This document shows positions 16,606 through 33,500 of a stretch of DNA of 64,000 nucleotides, piece after piece (position 1 is the first letter of the stretch; each line of letters begins with the position of its first letter). The translations under genes and the position numbers were made by a program. Below the pieces are notes generated by a model. The model had not been told where the DNA came from and made no database searches. It saw only the letters and a program-made list of their open reading frames with translations. The stretch lies in the NCBI RefSeq assembly GCF_009914755.1, contig NC_060939.1, one strand, 5' to 3'. Source of the DNA: the human T2T-CHM13v2.0 reference genome, Homo sapiens.

Positions 16606-17104
16606 ATGATTTGGACTTGGAAAAAAACAATCTAACACGATCTCTGTAGCATACTTGTTAAGGAGTACAATGAAAAGAATTTAAAACATGGTTATTTGGT
16701 AGGAGAAAGTTGGAAAATCCAGTAGCCACAAAATGAATTTACCAATCAAGGTCTGATTTCCTAGTTACCTGACACTGAAGTCAGATTGCTTGGATTTGGA
16801 TCCTGACTTGACTTATGTGACCTTGGACTAGCTTCTTTATAATTTTTCTCTCCCTTAGTTTATTCATCTGACAAATGGAAATAGGAATAGCACCACTATA
16901 AGAATTATGAGTTGATGCATATAAAACACTGAGAACGGTACATGGGATATGGGAAGTACTCAATTATTTCTAGATGACACTAGAGAGTATAGTATATTTA
17001 TATGAATAGAATGCTTTTATCTCCTATAGTACTGTTATTACTATATATATGACTAAAAGTACTTAAAATGATTTGTCTCTCAGCCCTACTTAAAAAGAAA
17101 TCCT

Positions 17105-17238
17105 AGGAAGGCTGAAGTGGAAAGATCACTTGACTCCAGAAGTTTAAGGCTTTAGTGACCTATGATTGGGCCTCTGAATAGCCACTGCACTACAGCCTAG
17201 GCAATGTAGTGAGACTCTGTTTCTAAGTTTAAAAAAAC
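17105..17238 (+). mobile_element. FAM-like Alu monomer
   Basis: Contains the 7SL-type gaatagccactgcact segment. Confidence 0.65.
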
Positions 17239-17461
17239 AAGTCCTTAAATTGTTGTATGTCTTAAAAGCCAGTGGTAATAATGGTAACAGCTCATTTTAA
17301 ATAGTGCTTAAGTGTTCAACACTGTTCTAAGTGCTTTATATGTATTAACCACAATAAATAAAATGTTTAAAAACAAACCAAATCTAGAACTGGCTTTTCC
17401 TTAATGTTAGTAATGCAACCTAGTGTAGCATTGACACCAACTTTATAGTTTCTCTTCATAG

Positions 17462-17592
17462 GAATGTCCCAAATGCCATGTCACAATTGAGAAGGATGGT
17501 GGTTGTAATCACATGGTCTGTCGTAACCAGAATTGTAAAGCAGAGTTTTGCTGGGTGTGTCTTGGCCCATGGGAACCACATGGATCTGCCTG
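17462..17592 (+). CDS. ARIH1: ARIH1 coding exon 10, RING2/Rcat with catalytic Cys (codon 17504-17506, C357 by recalled numbering)
   Basis: tcatag|GAA...TG|gtaggt; 131 nt; [43 protein letters not shown](W); GGCNH RBR active-site motif. Confidence 0.98.
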
Positions 17593-18131
17593 GTAGGTTG
17601 GGGAAATTAAGGGAAGAATGTGTTTACATAAGTATGTGCCATGTATTATGAATAACATTTCTACCTCATAGATATCACCATCTAACTTGCAAGCTAAATA
17701 AATACATAGTGTGTGATTAATGTTATAAGTCTATGCAAGACATAGAGGGATTAGTTAGATATATTTCATAAAGGAGGTAACAATTTAGATGAACTTTAAG
17801 GGGACCAAGAGTTCATTAGTTATAAAAGTAGTAGGAAAAACATTTAGGGCAAAAGTTGCAACATGAGCAAAGGTAGAATGTTGTGAAAATACATGACTTT
17901 TTCAGAGAATAACTGTATTATCAAATGTGCCTCTCTAGGCCAAAATTGAAAACTCAGATGCTGTTGGCAAAACCCAACCTGCAGGTGGTTTTACTCTGCA
18001 TATCATTAGACATTGTGGAATGCTTTAAAGCCTTGCTAAAAGGCTTTGTCATATTTTTTCTTTAAATAAGCATATATATGTTGCTTTCCTTGTTTTATTG
18101 ATGACTTACTTGAACTAATATAAGAATCTTG

Positions 18132-18440
<309 letters not shown>

Positions 18441-19388
18441 AATCTTACACAGCATATGAAGCAGTTTTCTCACTGGTTAAGGGCATAAGCCTCCACTGGG
18501 TGACAGGCAAAAGTTTAAGCTCTGAAACTCTGTAGTTATGTGACCTTAAGTATGTTTCCCATCCTCTGTAAATTTTATTCTTCATCTTCTCAATGAAGAA
18601 AATAATGCATATTTCATAAAATGTTTAAGGGATTAAATGTGTTAGTACATTTAAAGTCATTAGCCAAGTGCATGGTATATAGTAAGCACTCATGAAATAG
18701 CTGCTCCCATAATGTAGGCTCCCATAACTGACGTATAGTAACCACTCCAGGGGAAGTGCAAGTCTTACTCATCTATGCTCTGAGCTGACCTCTCTGGGTA
18801 TGTTTTCCCCTTCCCACCATTCTGTATATCATGCAGTTTTAAATGACTCTGAAAAACTGTAATAGCAAAGCACATAGCACAGCATCTGTTACATGGTAGG
18901 CTGTCAACTGTTGGTTCTCTGTGGTTTATAAAAGAGCAGATAAGGTGAATAATCCTGGAAAATTAGAAATATTTGGCTTAAGTAACAGATGGCCTAAGAG
19001 ATAAGATTATCTCTTTCTCAAAAAGTTGAGTTAGGAATTCAGACAGTCAATAAAGGTTCTAGAAGGACAGTGTTTTCTAATAATGATAGGTGAGCTGATT
19101 TGAAATGGACTGCCTCAGGAGGTGGGGAATTTCCTATCACTGGATAGAGAACTAATTTATTATAGAGAGAATTCAAACACTAGATAGGGTTAGAACAGTT
19201 CCTTTCAGCCTGCTAATTCTGTCATTATAGCAGTAGAACCCTGGGTGTTTTAACATCTCAATTTCTCTGTTATAAAAGATAACGTTGGTGTTAGATAATC
19301 TGTAAATCCAGGTTAAAATTCTGATTTTTTTTTTTTCCTTTTCATTGATTTTTTTTTTCTTTATGGAATCCTCTTTATTTACTTGAAG

Positions 19389-19446
19389 GTACAACTGTAA
19401 CCGCTATAATGAGGATGATGCAAAGGCAGCAAGAGATGCACAGGAG
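19389..19446 (+). CDS. ARIH1: ARIH1 coding exon 11
   Basis: ttgaag|G TAC...GAG|gtaagt; 58 nt; YNCNRYNEDDAKAARDAQE. Confidence 0.97.
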
Positions 19447-19518
19447 GTAAGTATATGTATAACAGGACAATAGTTGACTAAGAATGCACGTTGTATATTC
19501 ATATTCATTAGAGAATAA

Positions 19519-19794
<276 letters not shown>

Positions 19795-20558
19795 AGGGAA
19801 TAATTGAGTAGAACTTTTCAATTCTGAAGGATTTGTGAAAGACATTCCAGTAAATATTGGATATCTATTTACATTTAGAAAGGGAATCTTATCCAAAATA
19901 TTTATCAAGAACATTCTTATAGTAAGTTTATTTTCTTTTCATTAATGTAGTTACATAGCACATTTTAGCTTTTGGTAGAGTCTTGCTTTCAAGATCCCTC
20001 CTACCCCAAGAAGAACAGTAGTGAACAGCATTTGTTAAATGGCCCTGGTGCTATTTATAGGCAATATCTTACTTACTTAAATTTTTTTTAAACCTTTTTG
20101 TTCATCAAGAAGCTCTGATGATTATAGGTGAGCTGATTTGGTATGGAGTGTCTCAGGAACTGAGAAATTCCCTATTGCTAGGTAGGGAAATGACCCACTG
20201 TTATAGAAGGGATCCAAACACTAGGTGTGGATTAGATTCTAAAGCACTTTTCATTCCTTTCAGTCTGGTGATTTTATTGTAATTGTGGAACCCTGGAATT
20301 TAATAGTTCCTACATTCACCCATTCCATATTGAAATTCCCCAGTTGTCCCAGAAATATTCTTTTCAAATGATTTTCCTAGCCAGGGTACAATCTAAAATA
20401 TGGTTTGCATCTGTTTCTTATTTACTTGTTAACATATCTTCAAAATGTATTTCTAATAAAAATATCATATATAGAAATGAGTATATATGTAACCTAGTCT
20501 GTCATATTGCTAGAAGTGAAAGTTTTGTCTTTCCCTTTTTAAAAAGACTGGGAAATAC

Positions 20559-20855
20559 GGCCGGGCTTGGTGGCTCACACCTGTAATCCCTGCACTTTGG
20601 GAGGCCGAGGCAGGCAGATCACCTGAGGTCGGGAGTTCCAGACCAGCCTGGCCACTATGGTGAAACACTGTCTCTACTAAAAATACAAAAATTAGCTGGG
20701 CATGGTGGCTTGCACTTGTAATCCCAGCTACTCGGGAGGCTGAGGCAAGAGAATCGCTTGAACCCAGGAGGTGGAGGTTGCAGTGAGCCAAGATTTCACC
20801 ACTGTACTCCAGAGTGAGACTCTGTCGCTAAATAAATAAATAAATAAATAATAAA
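20559..20855 (+). mobile_element. Alu
   Basis: Alu body, (TAAA)n tail, TSD-like gactgggaaat. Confidence 0.92.
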
Positions 20856-21899
20856 ATGACTGGGAAATTATATTTTGTAACTATAAATGATGTTTCACAG
20901 ACCTTCACAATGTTTGGGTCCATTTAAGGGGAAAAAATCCCTACAAATTCCAATATTGATTTAAATTATATTTATTATAATATTATTTAAATATGTATAA
21001 ACAAAAACCAGCTATAAATTCTTGTGCTCTTGCACAATTCTACAGCCAAACCAAGAGAGCCACAAAATCAGTGAAACTCAAGTAAATGTTAATTTGGTAG
21101 ATACTGTTGTTGGGGTTTTAAAAATGTATTATTACTGTACTGTTAAATATCATGAGATAACTTGTTCTCCCACCAATTTTCTTTTCTTTCTTAAATGATG
21201 TCCCTTAAGTCATATCCCACTAACTTTCTATATATTTCTATATTTCCAACATTAATTTTTATGATGCATTACTTGATTTGCCCAGAATGTATTATGGATA
21301 TATGTTCTTATCACCTTTTTTTCTCCATTAACCTGATGTATTTATTTAGCCAGATATGCTGTTTATCAACAAAGAAAATATATGTGGTTTATCCTTGACC
21401 TCACCTGGTCTTTATTTGGATGCCGGTAGAATCCCTTTCTGAGATCTATAGGGAGGGTGGGTTATGTGCATAGCTTTTGAGCCAGAGTCTAATGTTTAGA
21501 TTCTAGATACTAAAATAGATTATTTTTCTGTTTCACATCTGTTGGACTAAACTAGAATCTTCTATAACTGTGGGAGTACAAAGAAAGATTTCCTATCACT
21601 CCATTGGTTGTTTGGTTGATTGACTAATTGATTGGGAGCCACGCCTCCCTGAAAGGATCACACCATTGCATGCCTATCTGGCCTCCTCATCTTTCCCCAC
21701 TCCCAAGCTCTTGGCCTAGCATTTACTGGGAGTTGTAGTCTGAAAAATTACTAGAAGGTTGACACATATTCAAAAGATCCTTGATGGTACCTTGACTGCC
21801 CTGCAAAAGATGTACCTGTGTTATAGAAAATTGTTGACTCATTATATTGTACCACAGTGCCGACAGTTGTGGATATTTGAATCTTCTTGTCCTCTAGAC

Positions 21900-22853
21900 T
21901 AGGGTCAGCAAACTTTTTCTGTGAAGAATCAGATGGTATATATTTTTAGCTTTGCGTACTACATAATCTCTGTTGTGACGGCTCAACTCTGCCTCTGCCC
22001 TTATAATGCAAAAGCAGCCATAGACTTAAATGAGTAGGTATAACTGTTCCAAGTAAATTTTATTTACTGGCTGGGCATGATGGCTCAAACCTGTAATGTT
22101 AGTGCTTTGGGAGGCCAAGGCCAAGGATCACTTGAGGCCAGGAGTTCAAGACCAGCCTGAGCAACATAGTAAGACCCCCCCCCCGCCCCCGCCCATCTCT
22201 ACAAAAAAAAAACAAAGAAGGTTTTTAAATTAGCCATGCATGTTGGTGTGTGCCTATAGTCTCAGCTATTTGGGAGCTGAGGTGGGAGGATTGCTTGAGC
22301 TCAGGAGTTCCAGGCTGCAGTGAGCCATGATGACGCCACCCCTCTTTAGCCTGGATGGCAGAGACCCTATCTCAGAACAAAAAAACAACAAAGAAAGCAA
22401 AACAGTTTTATTTACAAAGACAGGTGGCAGCTGGATTTGTCATGCAGGCCAGAGTTTGTATACCCCTGTTCTAAGCAGTCAAGTTTGTTGTCTTTTCCAC
22501 GCTCCCCAAACTGCTTTCAGGTCGCTGATTACATTTCTCATTCCAGATTCTGGCATTTGATTGGAGAATTTGTCTTGATCAGGCTCAGTGGCTCACGCCT
22601 GCAATCCTAGCACTTTGGGATGCTGAGGCGAGAGGATTGAGTGCGGGAGTTTGAGATCAGACTGGGCAACAACTGAGACCCTGTCTCTACAAAAAATTTA
22701 TTAAAAATTAGCCAGGTATGGTAGTGCACGCTGGCTGAGGTGGGAGGATCACTTGAGCCTGGGAAGACTTCAGTGAGCCATGGTTGTGCCACTGCACTCT
22801 AGCCCAAGCAACAGAGCAAGACCCTGTCTCCAAAAAAAAAAAAAAAAAAAAAA
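21900..22853 (+). mobile_element. MER58-like hAT MITE interrupted by an Alu (~22069-22400), then a second Alu (~22581-22853)
   Basis: agggtcagcaaactttttctgt...aaagcagccatagac MER58 motifs; Alu bodies. Confidence 0.75.
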
Positions 22854-23500
22854 GTCTTATTAGCAGTGATGGTATGGGTGTTCTTTTTTCATGTTGAATT
22901 TTAGTGAGAAGCAGTTTCAGAATTCTTAGATTAAGTCAAGTCCCATAACATCATACATGTCAATATGGTAAGGGAGGGTTTTCATTTCATTTGGGGAACT
23001 TGACAGGCTTGGAAATATTAGTACTTTAGGGGAAGATAAAATGCCAAGCAGATTTTCCACATATTTTCAGATTGGCATAATTTTCCTGTTCATAAGCATT
23101 GGTTTGATACTTACCTGACTCTTGAAATAACATGGCTGTGGTTTTGTTGTTTTTTCATTGAGATGAGGGTCTCGCAGTGGCATGATCATAGCTCACTGTA
23201 GCCTTGAACTCCTGGGCCCAAGTGGTCCTCCTGCCTCAACCTCTGCATTAGCTGGAACTAGAGGCAGCTTGAGGTGTGCACCACCGCGCCCAACTTGTGT
23301 TGGTTTTTTGAAGTGTTTCGTTGTATAATGCTGGATCATGTGGTTAGCTAATTATGTGGCTCAGAATTAGTATTTCTAAGCAAGGGACCAACCATAGGGC
23401 CAAGTAGTATCTGTTATGTAGGCTTTAAAACATGGGGAGAGAAAGAGGAGGTAAGGATAAAGGAAAAGAACATACGTGTGTTAGGAACCCCTTTGATAGG

Positions 23501-23826
<326 letters not shown>

Positions 23827-24063
23827 TTAGTAAGCATTTATTAATGGTTTTCTGCAAATCAGGTATTGGAAATACTTTATCTTTTTAAAAGTCCATTCCC
23901 TCTAGAGATTTATGGTATAATGGTAGAGGCCTCATATGAATAATTATATATTATAATGTAATAATACAAAACAAATCTAAACTAGATACATTGTTGCTTT
24001 GATAACAATATACTTTACATATCTCTAAAGACAGACTCTCTTTACATAACTGTAATACCATTA

Positions 24064-25998
<1,935 letters not shown>

Positions 25999-26066
25999 TA
26001 TATGTTTTAAAGCAATACTCTGTTGGTATCAACTATCTATTGTTCAAATATCCCCAATTATCTTAA

Positions 26067-26360
26067 ATTTTGCTTTTTTTTGTTTTTTGGTGTTTTTTTT
26101 TTTTTTTTTCAGAGGTAGAGTCTCGTTCTCTCCCCAAGGCTGGAGTGCAGTGGTGCAACTCGGCAATTCTCCTGCCTCAGCCTCCCAAGTAGATGGGATT
26201 ACAGGCACATGCCACCACGCCCAGCTAATTTTTTGTATTTTAGTAGATACAGGGTTTCACTGTGTTGCCCAGGCTGGCTCAAACTCCTGAGCTCAGGCAA
26301 TCCACCCGCCTCAGCCTCCCAAAGTGCTAGGATTACAGGCATGAGCCACCACACCCAGCC
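26067..26360 (-). mobile_element. Alu
   Basis: polyT plus body; TSD tatcttaaatttt. Confidence 0.9.
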
Positions 26361-27084
26361 TATCTTAAATTTTCTTTTATAGTTGGTTCAAATTGGGATC
26401 CACATAGGTCCACAAATTGGATTTAATTGATATCTCTTGAGTCTCCTCTACCTGTTGTTCCTTCTCTTCCCCCCTCCTTGCTTTTTTTTCTTTGTTGAAG
26501 AAACTAGATCGTGTTGTCCTGTAGAGTTTCCCACATTATGGATTTTGCTGGTTGCAACTGCATGGTGTCATTTAATAGGTTCTTCTATCCCTGCATTTTC
26601 TGCACTGGTGATTAATTCAAGAAACTTGATCAAATTCAGATTCAGTGGTTGGGGGGGGAGCCCAGAATACTTAATTGATTATACTTTCTATTGTATTATA
26701 TCAGGAGTTACATGGTATGTAGTTGCCACTGTAGTTTTCTACTTAAAAATATCTCTGCTTTTTGCTTGTTTTACATCTTGTGGCATACTGTAGAACAGTG
26801 CCATCCAGTAGAACATTTTTGTAATGATGTAAATGTTCTTTATCACCAGTGTCTAATTTGGTAGTCACTAAGCACATGTGACTATTGAGCGATGAGGAAC
26901 TGAATTTTTAGTTTCTTAAATTGAATTTTAAGTAGTCAGGTGTGGCTTGTGGCTACTGTATTGGAAAGTACAATTAATAGGACATTTTTCAAGAGTATTA
27001 AATAACAAAAGTAGCAGTAGATGTCTATTCCTGATTTTAGCCTAGATCACAGTACTGTTTCATCAGTAAATCAGCTTTTTAAAT

Positions 27085-27940
27085 TATTAATATTTTTAAT
27101 GGACAAATCATAATTATACACATTTATGGAGTACAGTGGAATGTTTTGAAATATGTAAACAATGCAATGATTAAATCAAACTAATTGTTGTATTGCCTTG
27201 CCTTAACATTTTTATGGTGAGACATTTGAAATGATACTTATTTTGAAATATATATTATTATTGACTATATTCACCCTGTTGTGCAATAAATCTCAAAACT
27301 TACTCATCCAGTCTATCTGAAACTTTGTACTCTTTGGTCACCAACTCCCCATTCCCTCCCTTCCTACCCCTCTATCCCCGCAAGCCTCTGGTAACCGTCA
27401 TTATACTCTGTATGTCTGTGAGTTCAACTTTTTTAGTTTCTACATATAAGCGAGATCATGTAGTATTTCTTTTCTGTGCCTGGCTTATTTCACTTAGTGT
27501 AATGTCCTCCAGGTTCATCCATGTTGTCACAACAGAATTCCTTTTTTGAGGCTGAGTACTCGTGTGTGTGTGTACATACATGACGTTTTCTTTCTGTGTT
27601 CATCCATTGATGGACACTTTACATGGATTCCATGTCTTGGCTATTGTGAATAATGCTGTAGTGAATGTGAGAGTACAGAGATACCTTTGACATACTGATT
27701 TCAATTCCTTTTCATATATACACAGTAGTGGGATTGCTGGATTCTGTGGTGGTTTTGTTTTCAGTTTTTTAAGGAACCTCCCCATACCATTTTCCATAAT
27801 GGCTATACTAATTTACATTCCCATCAACAGTGTATCAAGAGTCTCCTTCTTTCTTTATCTTTGCCAAGACTTATCTTTCATCTTTTTGATAAAAACCATT
27901 CTAACAGGTGTGAAGTGAGACTTCATTATGGTTTTAATTT
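27085..27940 (-). mobile_element. L1MA-like 3' fragment ending ~70 nt upstream of exon 12
   Basis: ORF2 C-terminal peptide on the - strand ([21 protein letters not shown]). Confidence 0.85.
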
Positions 27941-28007
27941 GATAATCAGCTTTTATGTACAGTTTATGTGTTATAATTATATCACCCAATTTTTCTTAAT
28001 GGGACAG

Positions 28008-28268
28008 CGATCTAGGGCAGCCCTGCAGAGGTACCTGTTCTACTGTAATCGCTATATGAACCACATGCAGAGCCTGCGCTTTGAGCACAAACTATATGCT
28101 CAGGTGAAACAGAAAATGGAGGAGATGCAGCAGCACAACATGTCCTGGATTGAGGTGCAGTTCCTGAAGAAGGCAGTTGATGTCCTCTGCCAGTGTCGTG
28201 CCACACTCATGTACACTTATGTCTTCGCTTTCTACCTCAAAAAGAATAACCAGTCCATTATCTTTGAG
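28008..28268 (+). CDS. ARIH1: ARIH1 coding exon 12, Ariadne autoinhibitory domain
   Basis: ggacag|CGA...GAG|gtagga; 261 nt; [28 protein letters not shown]...NQSIIFE. Confidence 0.97.
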
Positions 28269-29351
28269 GTAGGAGTAGTTCTGGGTGAGGAAAAAGCCCA
28301 CCTTGTATCATAGGTCTACCTGATCTTTCATATATAAGATACAGAGTTTTCAGGGTTCTTGTTTGTTCAGAACATGTAGGTAGACGAATGTATTTATTAC
28401 AAAGATACAAGAAATTTCTATTTCTTGTCCTAAATTATATTCAGATCGATGTGGTTTAGCCAGCTAGTGATTAGGTATGCAGGTTCTGGAGTCAGCCCTA
28501 GATTTTAATCTTTACTTCATTATGTTTTAGCTCTGTTGATTTGGAGCAAATTCCTTAACCTCTTATTTGTCCATTTTAAAGTGAGGATAGTACCTTTCTA
28601 GGTTGTTATGAGGTTTAAGTGAGACAATTTGTGTTTTATGTGAGACAATTTGTGTTAATTGCCATACGGCACCTGGAACATCATAAGTTCTCAATAAAAG
28701 CCTTTATTCAGGCTAAACTAACCCTGCAATATTAGAAGTTAATGTGGTGGTTATCTTTAGTGGAGAAATAATGACTAAAAAGCCAGCTTTTAGCAGTAAA
28801 GGTTTTCTCAAGTAAAGATGTTCATTTAAAATTGATGCATAAAACATTGATATCTGTATATGACTAGACAATAAGACTGACTAGCAGATGGGACTTCAGT
28901 TGGGTAACAGGTACAAAACTAGCCATAGTGGTAAAGGATGATACAATTTGAATCTTCCATACAGTGTTTTCTTATAAGAAATAAGTATAGCCAGATGTAA
29001 GCAATAATAGGTTTCTATTTTTTCTCATTTACCTTTGAGTTTTCAGCAAAGAGCAGCTCTCAGAACGAGAAGATTCCAAAAGACATTTTAAATCCTTTCA
29101 AATGGTCTTCAGTATTCTTCCAAAAGTAATGGGTGAAATCTTTCGTTCTTTTAACATTTAAAAAATTGTTCTGGAAAAGAACAAACAAGTTATTAGAGAT
29201 GAAAGCCCATAGAGCTTTACAGGTGCAGTTAAACCACCTATGAAAGTTACAGAATGAGTGTTGAGAGCAGTCTGTAGTCAACAAAACAGTGAAAATGGTT
29301 TATCTTTTAGCTTTATTTTGAAGCCAAAATTTACTTTCATTCTTCTTACAG

Positions 29352-29464
29352 AATAACCAAGCAGATCTAGAGAATGCCACAGAGGTGCTCTCGGGCTACC
29401 TTGAACGAGATATTTCCCAAGATTCTCTGCAGGATATAAAGCAGAAAGTACAAGACAAGTACAG
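29352..29464 (+). CDS. ARIH1: ARIH1 coding exon 13, Ariadne domain
   Basis: ttacag|AAT...AG|gtaatt; 113 nt; [37 protein letters not shown](R). Confidence 0.97.
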
Positions 29465-30484
29465 GTAATTTTTTTTTAAGCTGTTGAATAAAACTTTCTG
29501 CCAGTGATGATCCTTACTGGTAAAGTTCAGTGATAGTGAAACTGGGTTTAGCATATCCAGCAACTGAGCTTTTGCCATGTTTCTCACAGATTGCTTCTGT
29601 CCGTTGGGCACTAAATTGCAGGTAATAGTATTGGTGAAGCATACATAGAGAAGGAATTCAGCCATTTATTCTATTGGCTAATTCCACTTCTGTTCAGTTA
29701 TTTAGTTGCTACCTTGCAAGGAAGAAAGAATCCAAAAAGGCCAAGTGGCCTTTAGGATGAGAGTGAGAATTGAATGTTGGTCTTAGCCTGAGAATCCTAT
29801 GTATGGGTCATGGCTATTCACAAATGAGCTATGGAAACTTACTTTTTAGAGTTTTTATTACATATATATATATATATTTTTTTAATCTAAGGAGATACTT
29901 GTCCTAGGAGTCGATTTTTCAAGATGTGCCGCCTCTTAAGCTAGAGATGCAAAATGTTTTATTTCTCAACATGAAGCTCTTTCTCCCAAAGTGACAAATG
30001 CTAGTGTCTTTTGAAAGTTGTAGGAAACTTGGGGAGTTTGGAAGACTTGGAGATTTAGTCCTAACCAATATCTTCCCTTCCCTTAGCCAATTTTAGCTAC
30101 CATATTTTGTTTACAGTACTTTTACAGTTGACAGAGATTTTAAGGACGTGAATAAAGAACCCATGAAATTATTTCTGAACCTGTTTATCTGCAGAACTGT
30201 GGGATTGAATTATGATTTCTAAGGTCCATCAGAACTTGTAACACTTTATTGCTTTAAAATTAATTCCCATGGAATCATGGCTTTCAGAAAATACCATTTT
30301 AATATTAGAAGCAGTTTGATGTGTCTGTACATCTAGACCTGAACATGTGCCTATTAAAATAAAAAATAGGTGCTTGGTTCCGAGTCTGGATAAACTATAG
30401 GGATGCCTTAAAAATAAGTAAATGCCTCTTTTTTTATTATTAGAGGCTGACAACAAGTTTTTTTTTTTTTCTCTTTGATTACAG

Positions 30485-30569
30485 ATACTGTGAGAGTCGA
30501 CGAAGGGTTTTGTTACAGCATGTGCATGAAGGCTATGAAAAAGATCTGTGGGAGTACATTGAGGACTGA
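30485..30569 (+). CDS. ARIH1: ARIH1 last coding exon 14 to the TGA stop
   Basis: ttacag|A TAC...GAC TGA; [27 protein letters not shown]; the 11 exons sum to 1086 nt = 361 aa + stop. Confidence 0.97.
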
Positions 30570-33500
30570 GAATGGCCCTGCATAAAATGAACTCTGAAAA
30601 CTTTACCATCTAGAGTGCTCATGCAATTAAAACAAAACAAACACAAACAAGGAGGCACTAAGCCTATTCTGACACCACTGGTCTGTAGTACCAGAATTGT
30701 TTTGTTAATGGAAAGTTTAAGTAAATTATATTGTAATAAAAAGGTAGATAAACCATTGTACAACAGTATTCTAGGCCGCCAACAAAAGTGTGACAGACAC
30801 ACTAAAAGCCCTCCAACTTTAACTTGTAACGTAGCTTCATTCTCAAAGCTGACTCCTTTTTTTTCTTTTTCCTTTTCCTGAGTGTAGTACAGTTAAAATT
30901 TCAAACAGCTCCTTGACACTGCTTTTCATGTTCAAACCAGCCATTTTGTTGTACTTTGGTAAAGGACCTCTTCCCCTTCCTCCCCTACACATACAGATAC
31001 ACCCACACACAGACTGACTCTCTTTCTCTCATACCCCAAGGTCATGAGTGAATGATGCTTAGTTCCTTGTAAAGAAAATCTTGGGATGGGGAAAGGGGTA
31101 GGCAGCAAGAGGATTCAACAAACGAAAAACATAAAAACTTTGTATATGACTTTTAAAACAAGAGGACAACACAGTATTTTTCAAAATTGTATATAGCGCA
31201 TATGCATGGACAAAGCAAGCGTGGCACGTGTTTGCATAATGTTTAATTACAAAAAAATATTTATTCTTTAAAAATCTTCAAGATTATGTCTATTTGCTGT
31301 GCATTTTCTTTCAGTTTGCTTATCTTTCCCGGGTTGGGGTTGGGATAAAGGTGTGTCGGTTTAGCACCTCTGGAAGACCTATCTAGAGCTCTTTCACTTT
31401 CCTGAGGTTATTTTGCCCTTTCTGGTGTTGGTATGTCTGTTGCCGGCCATGGGCCTCATGCCTTGAATTCCTGCTCTTGATCAGGGACAAGGGAGGTCAA
31501 GCTCTGACTAATGCCATGACCTGATTAAGGGGTACAGCAGGGAGTTTTGTTGCTACAGCTCATGAATTAACCTGTCCCAACCTAATCCCCCTCCATGGCA
31601 TCATGCCTCTACCCAAGCCTTTGTGTGCCCATGTTATGCACACAGCTGTAGGCATTCTTAAGTCCCCTGTCGCATCCAGTGGAAGCATTTTAAAATTTCT
31701 TTTACTTTTTGGTTTTCCCTTAATTGCTGCTTTTCAGATTTTAGTTATGGCTCGTCTGCTCACCCCTTCTCTACATTAGGGTGTCAAAGAGAATGTTTTG
31801 CTTTAAATATAAATAGCCATTCATTTAGTCTCAGATTGTGAATTTAAAATGGTGGATACCGAAATTGCTTGTGTGTGTTGCTGTGGGTTTGGTTTGAAGG
31901 CAAACACCCCTAGAACATGATATTCCCATCTAGTGCATTTAAATAGAAATCACTGAGTTTGCTGCTTTTTTATTGTCAGCAGATAGGAGAATTAATAATG
32001 CATTTTAGCTGTGATGTCCATTTTTATGAAATTCCTACTAAGAGCTATGTTAAAAGTAAAGGATGGTGGTGGTTGTATTAACTATATACCTGTTTAGGCC
32101 ATTCTGGCTGTGGTATTTTTCAATAGGTCAGCATCTGTAAATCTGTCAGTTTTATACAGGAGTGCAGAGTGAACTAGGCAACTAGATTAAGAGGTCTAAA
32201 TATGAAATACCAGTTGAGGCTGAGGACCTCTTCGTCTTCCTTTAAATGTCTTTTGCCTAGGGAGTGTTTACCATTTGTGAGGCAGCTTTGTCTGCTCTTA
32301 CACTGTACATCCTATTACTCCATTGGGAAGTAGGTTCACTTTCCTCTGGCCTTTTGCCTAAGTTAGGCTTTGCTGAATCAACCCTACTTTTCCTTTTAGA
32401 AAAGGTTGTTACAGGAGATTTACTGGCAACTGTTCTTTTCCCATCAAAAATCAGTGAATGTTTGCTGAGTATAAATGCTGCTTCCTTAAACCACTTGTCG
32501 CTTTAGGATCAACTTTACCTGTACCTTTTCTCCTTTCCTCCCTTGCCACCTCAGGTGCAAATCTGAACTCAGTGTCTGCTTCTTCCATTTTCTCGTCTCT
32601 CTCCCCTCTTCCCCCATTATCCATATGACATTATTTTACTTCAAATGACAGCATCAATCTTAAAAAGATATACATTAAAACTAAGGAGTTTTTTTAAAGA
32701 AAGCCTGAATAAGTTCCTTTCCCTGGTAACTTTGAAAAGCAGTCAGAGTTGCTATATAGATATATGTGGCTCCTTTAAAATGCTTTGTGTATGTGTGGTG
32801 TTTAAAAAAAAAAAATCTTACCAGTTAACTTTGCAGTGTCTAGGTTTGAGTGTCATAAATCCACGTGTTCCTGTTGCAACAAATACCCAAAAATTGTGTG
32901 TGCACTTCCTAATACCAGTCTTCACCCATGGAGGAACAGTGCTTTTTAGAGATGCTTTCTATTTCAATGTTGGCATACTGCCTGAGGGTATTGCAGTTGT
33001 GGGTGCATTCCCTAATTTGTATGATCAAGATGAACTGGCCCTTTTCTACTTCCAAGCTTTTAACAGATACCACCATATTTGACAGAATTCCCAGAGTGAA
33101 TTGCTTGTGTTATTAGTAGATTCAGTGCCCCCAGCTGGGATAGGCAAGCCATGACAGCTTCCCTGTTTCACCTACAGAAGTCTTATCTGAGGGATCTATT
33201 CACAGTAAGCACCAAGGTCTCCATGTCTTGAGGTCAGTTTCATTGTCTTTTGAAAAGTGCATGCTTCATTTGAACAATTCATTCAGCAGCAGATGGACTT
33301 TCAGTGATTTAAAATAAAATTTTGATCCAAAGCTCAGGACACAAACCACAGTGGTAAAATTGAGTAGCATATAATATCAGACTAAATTATCTGTAATTTT
33401 CCACAACCCAGATTGTATGTGTTTTATGTGTGTTTAAATAAATATGTTAGATACACGTGTATACATACACCCATATACAACAGATCCAAGACTGGCTGAC

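Noticed and set aside
27861-28313. 150-aa ORF as a standalone gene
   Set aside because: It is ARIH1 exon 12 plus open intronic and L1 flanks
28619-28657. 21-bp-period tandem duplication gtgagacaatttgtgtt
   Set aside because: Small slippage event within a MIR remnant; no sign of function
30615-33116. ORFs in the ARIH1 3'UTR (88 aa, 145 aa and others)
   Set aside because: No recognisable homology; expected by chance; the ARIH1 stop context TGA-G is not a known read-through motif
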